A DNA stretch of 63,958 nucleotides, the filler included, from Folioceros fuciformis (lineage: Eukaryota), in assembly GCA_049999805.1 (NCBI GenBank). It is 6 parts of 6 records of this genome, joined end to end, with 100 filler letters (N's around TTAATTAATTAA, not from the genome) between each part and the next. Parts side by side here need not be neighbours in the genome. Positions count along the whole stretch, not along the records: positions 30,133 to 34,749 come from JBNGIO010006403.1; positions 34,850 to 61,392 come from JBNGIO010006405.1; 4 more parts are not named here. One strand, given 5' to 3'. Every line of letters begins with the position of its first letter. The first letter of the stretch is position 1. Positions 33,601 through 44,199 of the stretch are shown here, piece after piece. The notes beneath the pieces were generated by a model. The model did no database searches. It was not told where the DNA came from and saw nothing but the letters and a program-made list of their open reading frames with translations. The position numbers were made by a program, and so were the translations under genes.

Positions 33601-34749
33601 GATCGTGCAGTGGTTTCCTTGGAAAGTTATGGTGAGATCATGTTCGGTTGCTAGCTTTCGTACTGATAGGAGGTTTTTGGTCATGGCAGGGACGTGGAGG
33701 ACACCGTTTATGGTAAGGTATTCACCAGTGGATAAACGAAGCTGGACTTGCCCTGATCCGTGAATAGAGAGGGCGCTGTTGTCCCCTAGGAGGACGTGTT
33801 GGTCTGAGAGGACAGTGTGGTATGAAGTGAACATGTCTCGACAACTGCAGATATGGGTTGTGGCCCCGGAATCTAAGAACCAGCGACTTGTGTCTGTACG
33901 GGTAAGTGTGAGGCAGACTGCTAAAATTGAGTTGGCTGGTGCAGGCTTAGCTGTTGTTGTGAGATGGGACTCGTTTCTGGGGGTTTCCCTTCGAGGTTCG
34001 CCTGCCAGTTTTTTTCTGCATTCGCTCTCATAGTGGCCGAGGATTTTACACCAGTTGCAGGCTCCCTTGGCAGACCTCTTGTCAAACTGCTTGTTTTGAG
34101 AGAATTGTCGATTGGGAAATGTTGAAAGGCTTGCAAAGGGCTGGCCTCTTCCTCTTGGGAAAGCTCCTCGGCCGCCGCCGGTGCCTCCACGCCTATTGCC
34201 TCTTCCTCTCGACAAGAAGAGAGCGTGGTTTGTTCCTGTGCTGGAACGTGAGGTGCCGATCCTGCTGGACTCCTCCTCTAGTAGGGCTGCTACAACGTCG
34301 GAGAACGTGTATGCTGGGGGTACGTTTTCTCCTGTAGCTTGAATGGCCTGTCTTAGTGCGGCGTTCTGCGAACTAACAAAGTTCCTGTATGATGGAGGAA
34401 GGGATGTTAGAAGAGCGACTGCTGCCTGAAGCTCGTTGATTACGGTGCCGCTGCCGGAGAGCTTGGCTCGCAAGGACCTGAACACGTTTACATGCTGCTC
34501 GACGCTCTCGTTTTCCCTCATCTTAAGGGAGTAGAATTGTCTTGTGGTGTTTATAAGAGACATCGAGCTTTGTGCCTGGAACATGTCTTTAAACGCTTTC
34601 CACACATCATGTGAGGTCGTCTGACCTTGGGTGTGCTGAAGCATTGTTTTGTCGATGGCAGATATCAGGATGTTACGAGCCCTCTTGTCCTTCTTGTTCC
34701 ATGCGGCTATGTGGTCGGCAGTAGCTGGTGGATTAGAAGTGAGAGAAGG
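30478..34749 (-). CDS. Copia element C gag-pol polyprotein (open frame, 5' end cut by scaffold edge)
   Basis: At least 1388 aa with CNWCKILGHYESEC, WFLDSGAT, HSDICGP, RTDNGGEY, YVDD and SDADW. Related to the element at 42-4933. Confidence 0.96.
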   Translation of the reverse strand, partial: PSLTSNPPATADHIAAWNKKDKRARNILISAIDKTMLQHTQGQTTSHDVWKAFKDMFQAQSSMSLINTTRQFYSLKMRENESVEQHVNVFRSLRAKLSGSGTVINELQAAVALLTSLPPSYRNFVSSQNAALRQAIQATGENVPPAYTFSDVVAALLEEESSRIGTSRSSTGTNHALFLSRGRGNRRGGTGGGRGAFPRGRGQPFASLSTFPNRQFSQNKQFDKRSAKGACNWCKILGHYESECRKKLAGEPRRETPRNESHLTTTAKPAPANSILAVCLTLTRTDTSRWFLDSGATTHICSCRDMFTSYHTVLSDQHVLLGDNSALSIHGSGQVQLRLSTGEYLTINGVLHVPAMTKNLLSVRKLATEHDLTITFQGNHCTICHSQDPSQVALAHGLPFNDLYLLNIQSTSLLVDSTPSTTPNDSLLWHCRAGHMNPRYLNMLANPTMYKDPVKLNVHKDFFYEVCQYTKLNQLPFKDRSPTRARRLLDTIHSDICGPMSTEFFGGHSYFITFLDEWSRYCHVYFLKRKDEAFSCFQDFLSSAERQTGFQVITLRTDNGGEYISHAFQEFCRSKGIQRQYTVPYTPSQNPFAERMNRSLLEISRSLLKLAGLTKGYWAEAVSTSNYLKNRLPTKDLPNTTPFKRWSGNKPRVSHLRIFGSPAFAHIAAETRSKWDDRGRKLLFIGYSDQVKAYRLFDPRSREVIHSRSVHFNETHLLTTLLQSSLHPHPLPAPSIFGHSITDFPLELEGATEYDDTLLQSQEVTQQPAIPLVHPLGLVPQPAQQPPAHNQPDLPILTPLPDPDIAEVIPPEARLQVNHSDPILPPPSDTLRRSTRTRPPRSKWKEPPYTPGDTLIGHTDKETPTVTQPHTDHLEDAAHQALSAIEMQGVPLSITEALASPEWTAAVQSEYDSLISNKTWKLVELPEGRKPISCKWTFRRKLNPDGIVARHKARLVARGFTQIPSFDYEENRLFSPVVKSTSIRILLAFAAYHHLQVHQVDVKTAFLYGTLSEDIYMLQPPGFIKNSHKVCKLLKSLYGLKQSTQVWNETIDLYLKACGFVPLTSDPSVYILRDKSKFIIITLYVDDNFIFGDSLDSIQFAKDLLSREYEVVDIGPLRYALGVQFEYNPTDSTYFIHQQHYVEQLLERFKLKDVKPVSTPIAAGEKISAEDCPSTPEETKEMQQVPYSEVVGSLLYLSIWTRPDICQAVNIVSRYLSNPGRAHWTCVKRVFRYLKGTKSLGLLYRCNTLPKFQLTSFSDADWAGDPDARKSTAAYCCMINSSTVSWSCKKMQTVCLSSTEAEYAATSLAAKEILWIRQFLQDVNEHQDEPTMLLCDNQSAIAMTHNPILHVRTKHVEIQHHFIRQVVANKQVLLQYVNTTDNTADLLTKGLSKALHEKHVRGIGLISKEAYMGGVGAQSLSSA

Positions 34750-35137
34750 NNNNNNNNNNNNNNNNNNNNNNNNNNNNNNNNNNNNNNNNNNNNTTAATTA
34801 ATTAANNNNNNNNNNNNNNNNNNNNNNNNNNNNNNNNNNNNNNNNNNNNGTCCATCCCCACCACCGCTCCACGAGTCCCCAGTTCCTATGGTTCGTCTCG
34901 AGCGCCGCGGTCCATCCCGGGCGCCGCGGTCCATCCCGCCTCTGGAACTACTGTAAACCCTAATCACTAAACACACATTTCAATTTTCCGCACATCCTAG
35001 TTTTTCTCTTACTTCAATTTCTTCGTGTGGTAGGCCCCATGGGGTGACGTGTACGTGCTTTTAACTTCAATAACAAAAAGGTAATGGGGGTCTCTTACTC
35101 TTTGGGCATGAGCCATAGGCCCCTTCCTTCAGTTTTC

Positions 35138-38083
35138 TCACGGTCTACCCTTACAACTGCAACAACCAGCAGTGAATCGATGCACACGATACCCATCCCT
35201 TACAACGATGTCCCTCTTTTCGAGTCTTGACACGATCTCTGTGGAACTGTGACAGTCGCTGCACATGCGTAGATTCTTCGTCACCACCAGAGGTGTCCCA
35301 CTCGGAGTGTTCAGGAGACCAAACGCCAGAGCTAGCTTCTCAGCATGCCCACAAAGTAAATCTTCCTTTTCTTTCTCAGAAAGTGGCTTCAAGACCAACT
35401 TTGTGTGCGGTATATGGCCGCCTTCCTCCCTCACACGTGCATTTGTGCTCCCTGCCTTGAGCGCGATATCCTTCCTCCTTTCTCCAACCAGAAATCTGTG
35501 TACCTCTTTTCTCACCTCAATGGTCGCCACTGCAGGTTTCTTATTAGCTCCTGCTGCCCTTCTCCGTGTTTCAATCCTATCTACATCGGTCCACCTACCT
35601 GCATCCGCATAGGCATTGGCCATGAGCACATACGCGGGCGCATCTTGAGGGTCCAACCTTACGATGCTTTCAAAACACCACACAGCCCTCTCTATATCCC
35701 CGTGGCTTTTGCACGCATTCAACAAAGACATGAAGCCCACAACAGTACTTTGAGCCTCGCAAGATAATAGCATCTTCTCTGCCTCATGTAACTGGCCAGA
35801 ACGCCCAAGAAGATCAATCATGCAGTTGTAATGCTCAACAGTAGGTTCGATGCCATGCTGTTCAGACATGGAAACAAAGTGTTTGCAACCCTCGCGGACT
35901 AGTCCCTCATGACTGCATGCTACTAGGAGGCAGGTAAAAGTAGCGTTATCAGGCCGAACACCAGCGACTAACATCTCCTCAAAACAATCTAGTGCCTTGC
36001 GACCTTCATCACAAGCACCATACCCAGCAATCATGACATTCCATGTCACCAAATCCTTGGAGGCCAAGCTGTCGAAAACCTGGCGGGCATCTTCCAGTTG
36101 GCCACATTTCATATACATGTCCACCAGGGAGTTGCCCACCAAACCTTCGCCGAGACCTCTTTCAACAATCCGTGAGTGAAGCTGCCTGCCCTTCTGCAAG
36201 GAGCCAGAGCTTGCACAGGCATTTAGAAGGCAAGCGAAAGTAATATCATTAGCCAAATTGAGGCCCTCCTCCTCCATTCGTCCATACACAGAAAGCGCCT
36301 CTTGGCCGAGTCCTAGCTGTGCGTAGCCAGCAATCAGGGCTGTCCAGGTCACCACATTCTTGGTTTTCATGCTGTCAAAAATATGGCACGCATCTTCCAC
36401 CTCACCGCATTTTGCATACATGTCCACCAGGCAGGTCCCCAACACTACATCATCCAGGAGACCTCTTTCCACCATCTGTGAGTGTAGCTGCTTTCCCTTC
36501 TGCAAGGCGCCAGTGGTTCCACAGGCCTTTAAAAGGCAAGCAAACGTGACGTCGTTAGCCAGGTTGAGGCCTTCTTGCTCCATTTGTCCATACACAACGA
36601 GAGCCTCTTGGCTGTGTCCTTGCTGTGCATAGCCAGCGATCAGGGCATTCCATGTCACCACATTCTTTGTGTTCATGCCGTCAAAAATCTGGCGTGCATC
36701 TTCCAGCTCACCACATTTTGCATACATGTCCACAAGGCAATTGCCCAGCAACACATTGTCCAAAAGTCCTCTTTCCAAAATCTGTGAGTGTAGCTGCCTG
36801 CCCTTCTGCAAGGCGCCAGTGCTTGCACAGGCCTTGAGAAGGCAAGCAAAAGTAATACGGTTAGCCAAAATAAGGCCCGCCTCTTCCATTCGTCCGTACA
36901 CAACAAGAGCCTCTTGGCCGAGTCCTTGATGTGCGTACCCAGCGATCAGCGCTGTCCATGTCACCACATCCTTTGTGGCCATGCAGTCAAAAAATTGGCG
37001 TGCATCTTTCATATTGCCGCATTTTGCATACATGTCCACCAGGCAGTTGCCCACAAACAAGTTGGTGGCAATGCCACTCTGCACAACATCACAGTGCAAT
37101 TTTCTTCCAGATTCCAAGTCGGAGGCGAATGCACAAGCTTGAAGGGCAGCTACAAAAACGTGAGCATCAGCCTTCACTCCTGACCTACGCATCTCGTGGT
37201 ACAGTTGTACGGCCTGGTTAGGTTTCCCATGCTTCGCGTGTGCGGAGATGATGGAAGACCACATGAAAGCATCCGGTTTCCCCACTTTGTCAAGAACATC
37301 CATGGCCTCGTCTAGCCTACCTCCAGATGCATACATGCGCAAGATATGGTTCCCCAAGTATGCATTCGAGTCGTACCCAAGTTTGACACAGAGATCATGA
37401 AGCCGTCGCCCAACAACCAAATCCTTGTGAGAAGTGCACAGTTTCAGCACACTGCAAAGCAAAGACAGATTAATAGGCGAGTCTGTCTGAGCCAGAGATT
37501 CCAGGACATCAACGGCCTCAGCAAGCTTACCCTGCTGACATAATGTGCTCACGGCGACAGAAGTAACGACTCCCGTTTCCGAGCCTTCACGCTTCCCAAG
37601 TTCAGGCTCATCTGGAGAGCTGGACTCGGAAGGAAAGGGACCAAGTTTCATCTGCATATCCATGGACATGAGCTGCTCATCAACCCAAGTTGGCTTGAAC
37701 ATGCTGTTCAACAATAGCACCTCGCCGGACCCCTTGCGGCGGAAGTGAGGGGAACGAGCGCTATTGTGATCTCGTCTCTTATCCCAACACAGGGTATGGT
37801 CCAGAAAAAACTGTTGCCGCAAGTGCTCCTGCGCCTTGCAACGACCATCAAAGGAAGACCCGTCCATTTCCACATCCTGTCGCAGAAGTGGAATTGCTGG
37901 GCTTGGAGTCCTTACACTGCTGCAACCAGAGGCTTTGATTGCCACGGGTCGACTCGCTGAGATGAGGTCAGCGGGAGATCCTCGTAGAATCCCTGTATAC
38001 ACACCAACTTCTCGGGTACCGACTGAAAGCCAATGAAGTGCGAAGAGACGAAAAGAAGCTTTGGCCTTAAGTGCTGCGGCCAT
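35138..38083 (-). CDS. PLS-class PPR protein with E1/E2 and DYW:KP ('GRP') deaminase-like domain; candidate organellar U-to-C RNA editing factor
   Basis: Intronless 981-aa ORF with PLS triplets. KKPAVATIEV replaces the PG box; HAEKLA; CSDCH; C-terminal CSCKGRP; Arg/Ala-rich N-terminus resembling a targeting peptide. Confidence 0.95.
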   Translation of the reverse strand: MAAALKAKASFRLFALHWLSVGTREVGVYTGILRGSPADLISASRPVAIKASGCSSVRTPSPAIPLLRQDVEMDGSSFDGRCKAQEHLRQQFFLDHTLCWDKRRDHNSARSPHFRRKGSGEVLLLNSMFKPTWVDEQLMSMDMQMKLGPFPSESSSPDEPELGKREGSETGVVTSVAVSTLCQQGKLAEAVDVLESLAQTDSPINLSLLCSVLKLCTSHKDLVVGRRLHDLCVKLGYDSNAYLGNHILRMYASGGRLDEAMDVLDKVGKPDAFMWSSIISAHAKHGKPNQAVQLYHEMRRSGVKADAHVFVAALQACAFASDLESGRKLHCDVVQSGIATNLFVGNCLVDMYAKCGNMKDARQFFDCMATKDVVTWTALIAGYAHQGLGQEALVVYGRMEEAGLILANRITFACLLKACASTGALQKGRQLHSQILERGLLDNVLLGNCLVDMYAKCGELEDARQIFDGMNTKNVVTWNALIAGYAQQGHSQEALVVYGQMEQEGLNLANDVTFACLLKACGTTGALQKGKQLHSQMVERGLLDDVVLGTCLVDMYAKCGEVEDACHIFDSMKTKNVVTWTALIAGYAQLGLGQEALSVYGRMEEEGLNLANDITFACLLNACASSGSLQKGRQLHSRIVERGLGEGLVGNSLVDMYMKCGQLEDARQVFDSLASKDLVTWNVMIAGYGACDEGRKALDCFEEMLVAGVRPDNATFTCLLVACSHEGLVREGCKHFVSMSEQHGIEPTVEHYNCMIDLLGRSGQLHEAEKMLLSCEAQSTVVGFMSLLNACKSHGDIERAVWCFESIVRLDPQDAPAYVLMANAYADAGRWTDVDRIETRRRAAGANKKPAVATIEVRKEVHRFLVGERRKDIALKAGSTNARVREEGGHIPHTKLVLKPLSEKEKEDLLCGHAEKLALAFGLLNTPSGTPLVVTKNLRMCSDCHSSTEIVSRLEKRDIVVRDGYRVHRFTAGCCSCKGRP

Positions 38084-38223
38084 AGTTAAGGGACTGCCGG
38101 AGGTGCATAGACAAGACTAGGCCACGCACAAACGCTTCCCCTCTGCTACGGTGAGCTTGGCAGCCGCTGTCTTCGCATTCCTCGATGCTCATGCTCATGC
38201 TGGATCTGCAGCTGTTAAAAGTC

Positions 38224-38917
38224 TGGCAGCGACAAAGTGTCTTCGCCTCTGCTCCCCGTGTTAGTGCGTCTGTCACCCTCGTCCCACCTCCTCCCGGTCT
38301 GTCTGTCTGTCTGTCCCAAGTTCAGCCGAGGCAGGATACCCGTTGTGTTGCTTAATTGCTGGTAAGCCGGTGAAATTTTGGAAAACCCTCCCTGCCCGCC
38401 GAGTGCCTATCACCAGGAGATCTTTCAATCCTAGGTACCTAGTCTCCATTGCCCCTCAAGCCCCACGAGTCTCTTTGCCTCAATTTCAGGGCTATTCTCT
38501 TCAGACCTAGGCTATGCCATGGTGTACCGATACGGGCATGAAGAAACTTCATGTTGCTTCATGGCAGCGACAAAGTGTCTTCGCCTCTGCTCCCCGTGTT
38601 ATTGCGTCTGTCACCCTCGTCCCACCTTCTCCTCCCAGTCTGTTTGTCTGTCTTTCTGTCTGTCTCCGTCCCAAGTTCAGCAGAGGCAGGATACCCGTTG
38701 TGTTTCTTACCTGCTGGTAAGCCGGTGAAATTTTGGAAAACCCTCCCTGCCCACCGTGTGCCTATTACCAGGAGATCTCTCAGTCCTGGGTACCTAATCT
38801 CTCTTGCCCCTCATGCCCCACGAGTCTCTTTGCCTCAATCTGACCTGTACTCTTCAGACCTAGGCTGTGCCATGGTGAACCGATGCGGGCATGAAGAAAC
38901 TTGTTCGTTCATGTTGC
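38224..38917. repeat. Tandem duplication of a ~340-bp unit upstream of the PPR gene
   Basis: 38224-38561 and 38562-38917 both start tggcagcgacaaagtgtcttcgcc and end catgaagaaact..catgttgct. Confidence 0.9.
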
Positions 38918-39547
38918 TCTTAATTTTGGGTAGAGCTGGCGACCACTTGGCTCTGTGTTTTGGGCTAGAGCGAGGTTCGTGTATGCGGCAAGGTTTCACC
39001 GAAGGGCCGGGCTATTTGCTGAACCTTTAGAGTTCTGGCCAGAATGCAACGGCAATTGTAACGAATTCAATCAGGTTGAATTGATTGACCTTCACCGGAC
39101 TCAACCTCTCCTCCTTTTAAATCTCCATTCCTTTTGAGCTCTGAAAGCGGTTCATAGATCCTCCAATCTTTCCATTTCAGCAAGCTGATGCATACCATTG
39201 TAACGACACTCGATGTCCAGTGTAACAACCAATAGAGCTTAAATAAGTTCATTCGAGGGAATCAGGTGATGCGACAGATGGCTCCCTCCAGATGACATCC
39301 CCACGTCAGAATCTGGGGTTCGTGCGAAAATTCCGAAATGCGCTGCCGGTTGCACGACCAAGGCACTTCGGGGTAGCCCCAGCTTTCATACAGCAGGCCA
39401 CGACCCATCACATTTGTTTTCAGAGATCCATTCCTCTTCCCTCCCCTGTTTCAGTTGAGGGTGGCTAATGTCGGCACGTCTCAGCTTGCCAAGAGATGAC
39501 TTCAGCGAGTAGTATTCGCTGACGTACACTTGTGCACTCACTAAACC

Positions 39548-41100
39548 TCACCGCCGATCCTTGCAACTGCAAAACCCATCTAAAAATCGATGCACACGGT
39601 ACTCATCCCTTACAACAAAATCTCTGTTTTCAAGCCTTGGCATGATCTCCGTGGAACTGTGGCAGTCGATGCACATCCGTCGATTCACATCCGTCGATTC
39701 TTTGTTACTACCAGAGGAGTCCCGCTCGGAGTGTTCAACAGACCGAAAGCCAGAGCTAGTTTCTCAGCATGCCCACAGAGCACATCTTCCTTTTCCTTCT
39801 CACACAGTGGCTTCAACACCAACTTTGTGTGAGGTATATGTCCTCCTTCCTCTTTCAGACGTGCATTCGTACTCTCTACCTTTCCAGACACATCCTCGCT
39901 TCTGTCTCCCACCAGAACCTATGTATCTGCTTGTTCACCCTCAACTGCAGGTTTCTTGTTAGCACCTGCTAACGTTCTCTGTCTTTCAATCCTGTCTACG
40001 TCGGCCCACCTACCTGCATCTGCAAAGGCATTTGCCATCAGCACGTAGGCAGACGCACGCCCGCTGAGGGTCCAGCCGCACAAGGCATTCAAAACACCAC
40101 ATCGCCCTCTGAATATCCCCGTGATTCTTGCATGCATTAAACAACGAGGTCAACCCCACAACATCACTCTGGCCCTCACATGACAACAGTATCCTTTTTG
40201 CCTCATCTAGATGGCCAGCACGACCAAGAAGATCAGTCATGCAACTGAAATGTTCGACACTAGGTTTGATGCCATACTGTTCAGCCATGGAATCAAAGTG
40301 CTTCCGACCCTCGTGGACCAGTCCCTCACGACTGCATGCTACTAAAATGCTCCTACAAGTAGCATCATTAGGCTGGATGCCGGCAGCTAACATCTCCTCA
40401 AAACAAACTGATGCTTTGTGACCTTCATCACATGCGCCATACCCAGATATCACGACAGTCCGGGTTACCACATCTTTCGTGTGCATGCTGTCGAAGACCT
40501 GGCGAGCATCTTCCAGTTCACCACATTTTGCATACATATCCACCAGGCAGTTGCCCAAAACAACGTTATCCAGGAGACGTCTTTCCACAATATGTGAGTG
40601 CAGCTGCCTCCCCTTCTGTAAAGCACCAGTGCTTGCACAGGCCTTGAGAAGGCAGGCAAGAGTGACATGGTTCGCCAAAATGACACGCTTTGTTGCTCCA
40701 TTTGAGCGTACAAAACAAGCGCTTCATGTCCTAGCCCCTGATGTACATATCCAGCAATCAGCGCTGTCCATGTCACCACGTTCTTGGCAGGCATGCTGTC
40801 AAAGACCTGGCGTGCATCATCCAGTTCACCACATTTTGCGTACATGTCCACCAGGACGTCATTCAACAGTCCTCTTTCGACAATGCTGCCTACCGATCAG
40901 CAAGGCACCACTGTTTCCACAGGCCTTCAGAAGGCAAGCAAACGTAGCATCGTCAGCCAGAACGAGGCCCTCCTCTTCCATTTGTCCATACACAAGAAGA
41001 GCCTCTGGGCCGAGTCCTTGCTGGACATACCCAGCAATCAGTGACGTCCATGTCACAACATTCTTTGCGACCATGTTGTCAAACACCCGGCGCGCACCGT
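39548..41100 (-). pseudogene. PPR-DYW:KP pseudogene ending CSCKDRR*
   Basis: PPR motifs spread over several frames; ANKKPAV; CGHAEKLALAFGLL. A 14-bp duplication (cacatccgtcgatt x2 at 39672-39699) breaks the CxxC motif. The 5' part is replaced by unrelated DNA. Confidence 0.92.
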
Positions 41101-41256
41101 TCAGTTCACCGATGATGAAGATATTGACAGCCAGCCTCCAACACCAGCTGTAACTGCGGCAGGGGAAGATCCAGCATCTCTCCTGCCTCGACTACGGAGT
41201 TCAAAGATTGGTGTTGTCAAAGGCGTGGAAAGGGGAACTGTCTGGGCATACAGGTT

Positions 41257-41904
41257 TGGTTCATTGAAATTCTCTTCGCTTGGGATGAAGGAGAAGGAAA
41301 GTGAACAGTCCAAGTTTCGGGGGCATCAATCCTCCGTGCTGGAGTATGGAATACCATTGGCTGGACACATGTTTTTTTTTCCAAATACGTATTTCGTATA
41401 TAAATATACTTCAGAATATGGTGATTTAGCTCAAAAGCAGGCTTCTTTGCCAGTCTCCTTTGGCCATGGAGGCCTCTGCCCAGCTGCCTTTCTCGGTAGC
41501 TGAGCCTTCTCAGTTCCAATTTTGGCCTCTCGTTTTTCCCTCCAAGATTCCCCTGTTCTTGAAAGTTTTATTTCAGGTATTGAGGAGGGCGTTTTCCCTT
41601 TACATGTGTCTCTTAAGCAAGTGAGGGATTCTCTACCTTTGGAGGCTCGTGAGGCTTTACCTCCTTTCACCTCCTTTTCTAGGGAAGGGTTGAAGGGTCT
41701 CCAAGCCTCCCTCCTAGAAAAGCAATATGGCCAAGCACTAACCTGGTTCATTGAAATTCTCTTCGCTTGGGATGAAGGAGAAGGAAAGTGAATAGTCAAA
41801 GTTTCGGGGGCATCAATCCTCCGTGCTAGAGTATGGAATACCATTGGCTGGACACATATTTTTTTTTCCAAATACGCACTTCATATGTAAGTATACTTCA
41901 GAAT
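41257..41904. repeat. ~160-bp direct repeat (41257-41417 and 41744-41904)
   Basis: tggttcattgaaattctcttcgcttgggatg...tatacttcagaat occurs twice. Confidence 0.88.
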
Positions 41905-44199
41905 CTAGTATAGATACCCATATTGTATATAGCCATCTCACTATGGTATACCATATTATTTTTTCCTCTATGCATCAACGTTGTGGGCCGATGAGGACAC
42001 ATAAGGTTTTTTTAGGGTTCATGCACGACATCCAAATGCTTTTAAGTACGCGTTGCACACGAAAAAACTACTACCGTCCTTGAATCGCCAAGGGTTTAGG
42101 GTTCGTTGCGGCACATTGCATCGAAGGGTGATCTCAAGTCCATCAGGACATTAAGAAGGAGGAGGAGGAGGACCCCTGCACACGTGACGAGCCAGCTAGC
42201 CTCCGCCTCCTTCCCTCTAGTCCGCCCAAAGGGTTTGAAAGGTGGCATGAAATGGGCTGCAGAGTTCGTGCCCACCACCATTGTGACATTAGGCACTTTG
42301 GATTCGGGATGCTTGCAGACTGAATCAAATCTTAACAGGTGATACTCCCTCAGTACAAGGGAACACATGTTTGCTACTATCACACGGCAATTGGCCTCAC
42401 AAATTTCAAGTTCATCTCAGCGATGAGCCTATGGCCAAGCACCATTAGGGTATCATGCATCGCAGGGACATGATGAAGGAGGAGAAGCCCTACATGTGTG
42501 ACGAGCCTGCCACCCTCTACCTCCTTCCCCCCAGTGCCAAGGGTTCGAAGGTGTGCGACCTGACCAACTCTCTCTGTGTCCAGGACTTGCATGCGATGGG
42601 CTGCAGGGCTCGTGCCCACGCCATTGGGACTTCAGGCACCTATGGTCAGTATGTTTGCAACTATCTACACTGCATGAAATTGTTAGTACTCTTGAGCTCA
42701 GGCATTTCTACCGATGCCTATCACTTTCTTCACAATGTTAAACACAAGTTGTTGGATCACGGGTCGATCCTAGAAGCTTGCTTGCTATCCCTCAGAAGTC
42801 AGTCAAGGAACACAAGGGTGTCCGAAACTAGAAGCCACCCACTAGACAGGCCAGCAATAGTGCATAAGATGGGTGGACATGTCCAGACCCAAGAAGCCAT
42901 AGAAGCAATAGGTTGCACTCACAAGTGCATTAAAAAAAAAACAACAATGCCAATCGCACGAGGTTACCAACTACCCTGCCTACACCATCTTCAAAAAAAA
43001 CCACCAAAGACAAACCTTTGGTGCCGCAGGTGCACATCCTCTAACCTTCCTATACCTGCATGCCACAACATCACAACCATCCCTACCCGTGGCGATCCCG
43101 AGCGTCGGAGGTAGCGTAGGATCGATAGCACGCAGCGTAGAGAGAAAGCTTGTGTTCAGATTCAAAATGAATGTGCGTGTGAGGCCCTTATGTGGCCGTG
43201 TCAAGTGAAACGGCATGGCGGTTAACCGTTGACGCTTCGGTGCACCTGTTCGTGCACTTAATATATTTAAGTATATATATGGCTATTTATTAATGACCTA
43301 AACCTATCCAGGACGGCGGGATACGGGCTAGTTAGGGCACCGTTTCTCGCTAGGAGGCAGCCTCCACTTCTGTTGCACACTCTCATAAGTTTGCTCTCAG
43401 CTTTTCCAAGCTTCCCTCCAGCGAATCCAGCAACCCTAGACTGTTGTGCAGACCGTGCACCGCGTTTGCAAGCTTGTCCGCCTCCTTCCCTCCGTGGGTG
43501 CCTCCTTCTGCTGCGCGGTGACGTGGAGTGCCACGGGTTGCGCCTTGCCATTGACGGACAAGCATTTCATCCCCATCCTCTCCAGAAGAGCAAAGCTCTA
43601 AGTAAGAAAGTTCTCGTCGCTGCCTTCACACCCTCCTCAATGGTGGCACACTGGACCCCGAACTACGGTCCGCCTCCCCGTCCCGGTGTGCTTCTTGCCC
43701 TGCACCACTTCTAGGAGTGGCCCGCCCACCTGTTGCCGCTGCTTCCGTGTGTCTGGTAATACTTGCCTCCACCGCATCGAGCGTTCTTCCCCCACACAGC
43801 TAGGTCTGGCAAGCCGTCTTGTTAGCTGTTGCTTGCGAATGACATCCAGGTATCTCCAACGCTGGAACTGGCCGTTTTCACCATATGCAACCTTTCGCAA
43901 CCACTACCTAACAACCCAGTTCCATGTGCCGGCTGTGATGCTCGCCATGACCTCTATTGTTGCCCTACCCCTCCTACCTCCTGCATCCTCTTGTAGGGGA
44001 GGGAGGTCTCCTTCTCCACCACCCTTCGCCGATGGCAGGTGTCCAGGTGCCTCGCCATTCCCTTGGTACACTACCATGGCAAGGCTGTGGATGGCCTCGC
44101 CATGGTCTTCACTCGACAGCATTTTGCTCCTACCTTCCTCCGTTCCTATTGCGGCGGCCACCATGCGGCCAGCGTCTTGGCAGCATGGCAAAAAGGAAT

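Noticed and set aside
35227-38036. Many + strand ORFs antisense to the PPR gene
   Set aside because: Shadows of the repetitive PPR coding sequence.
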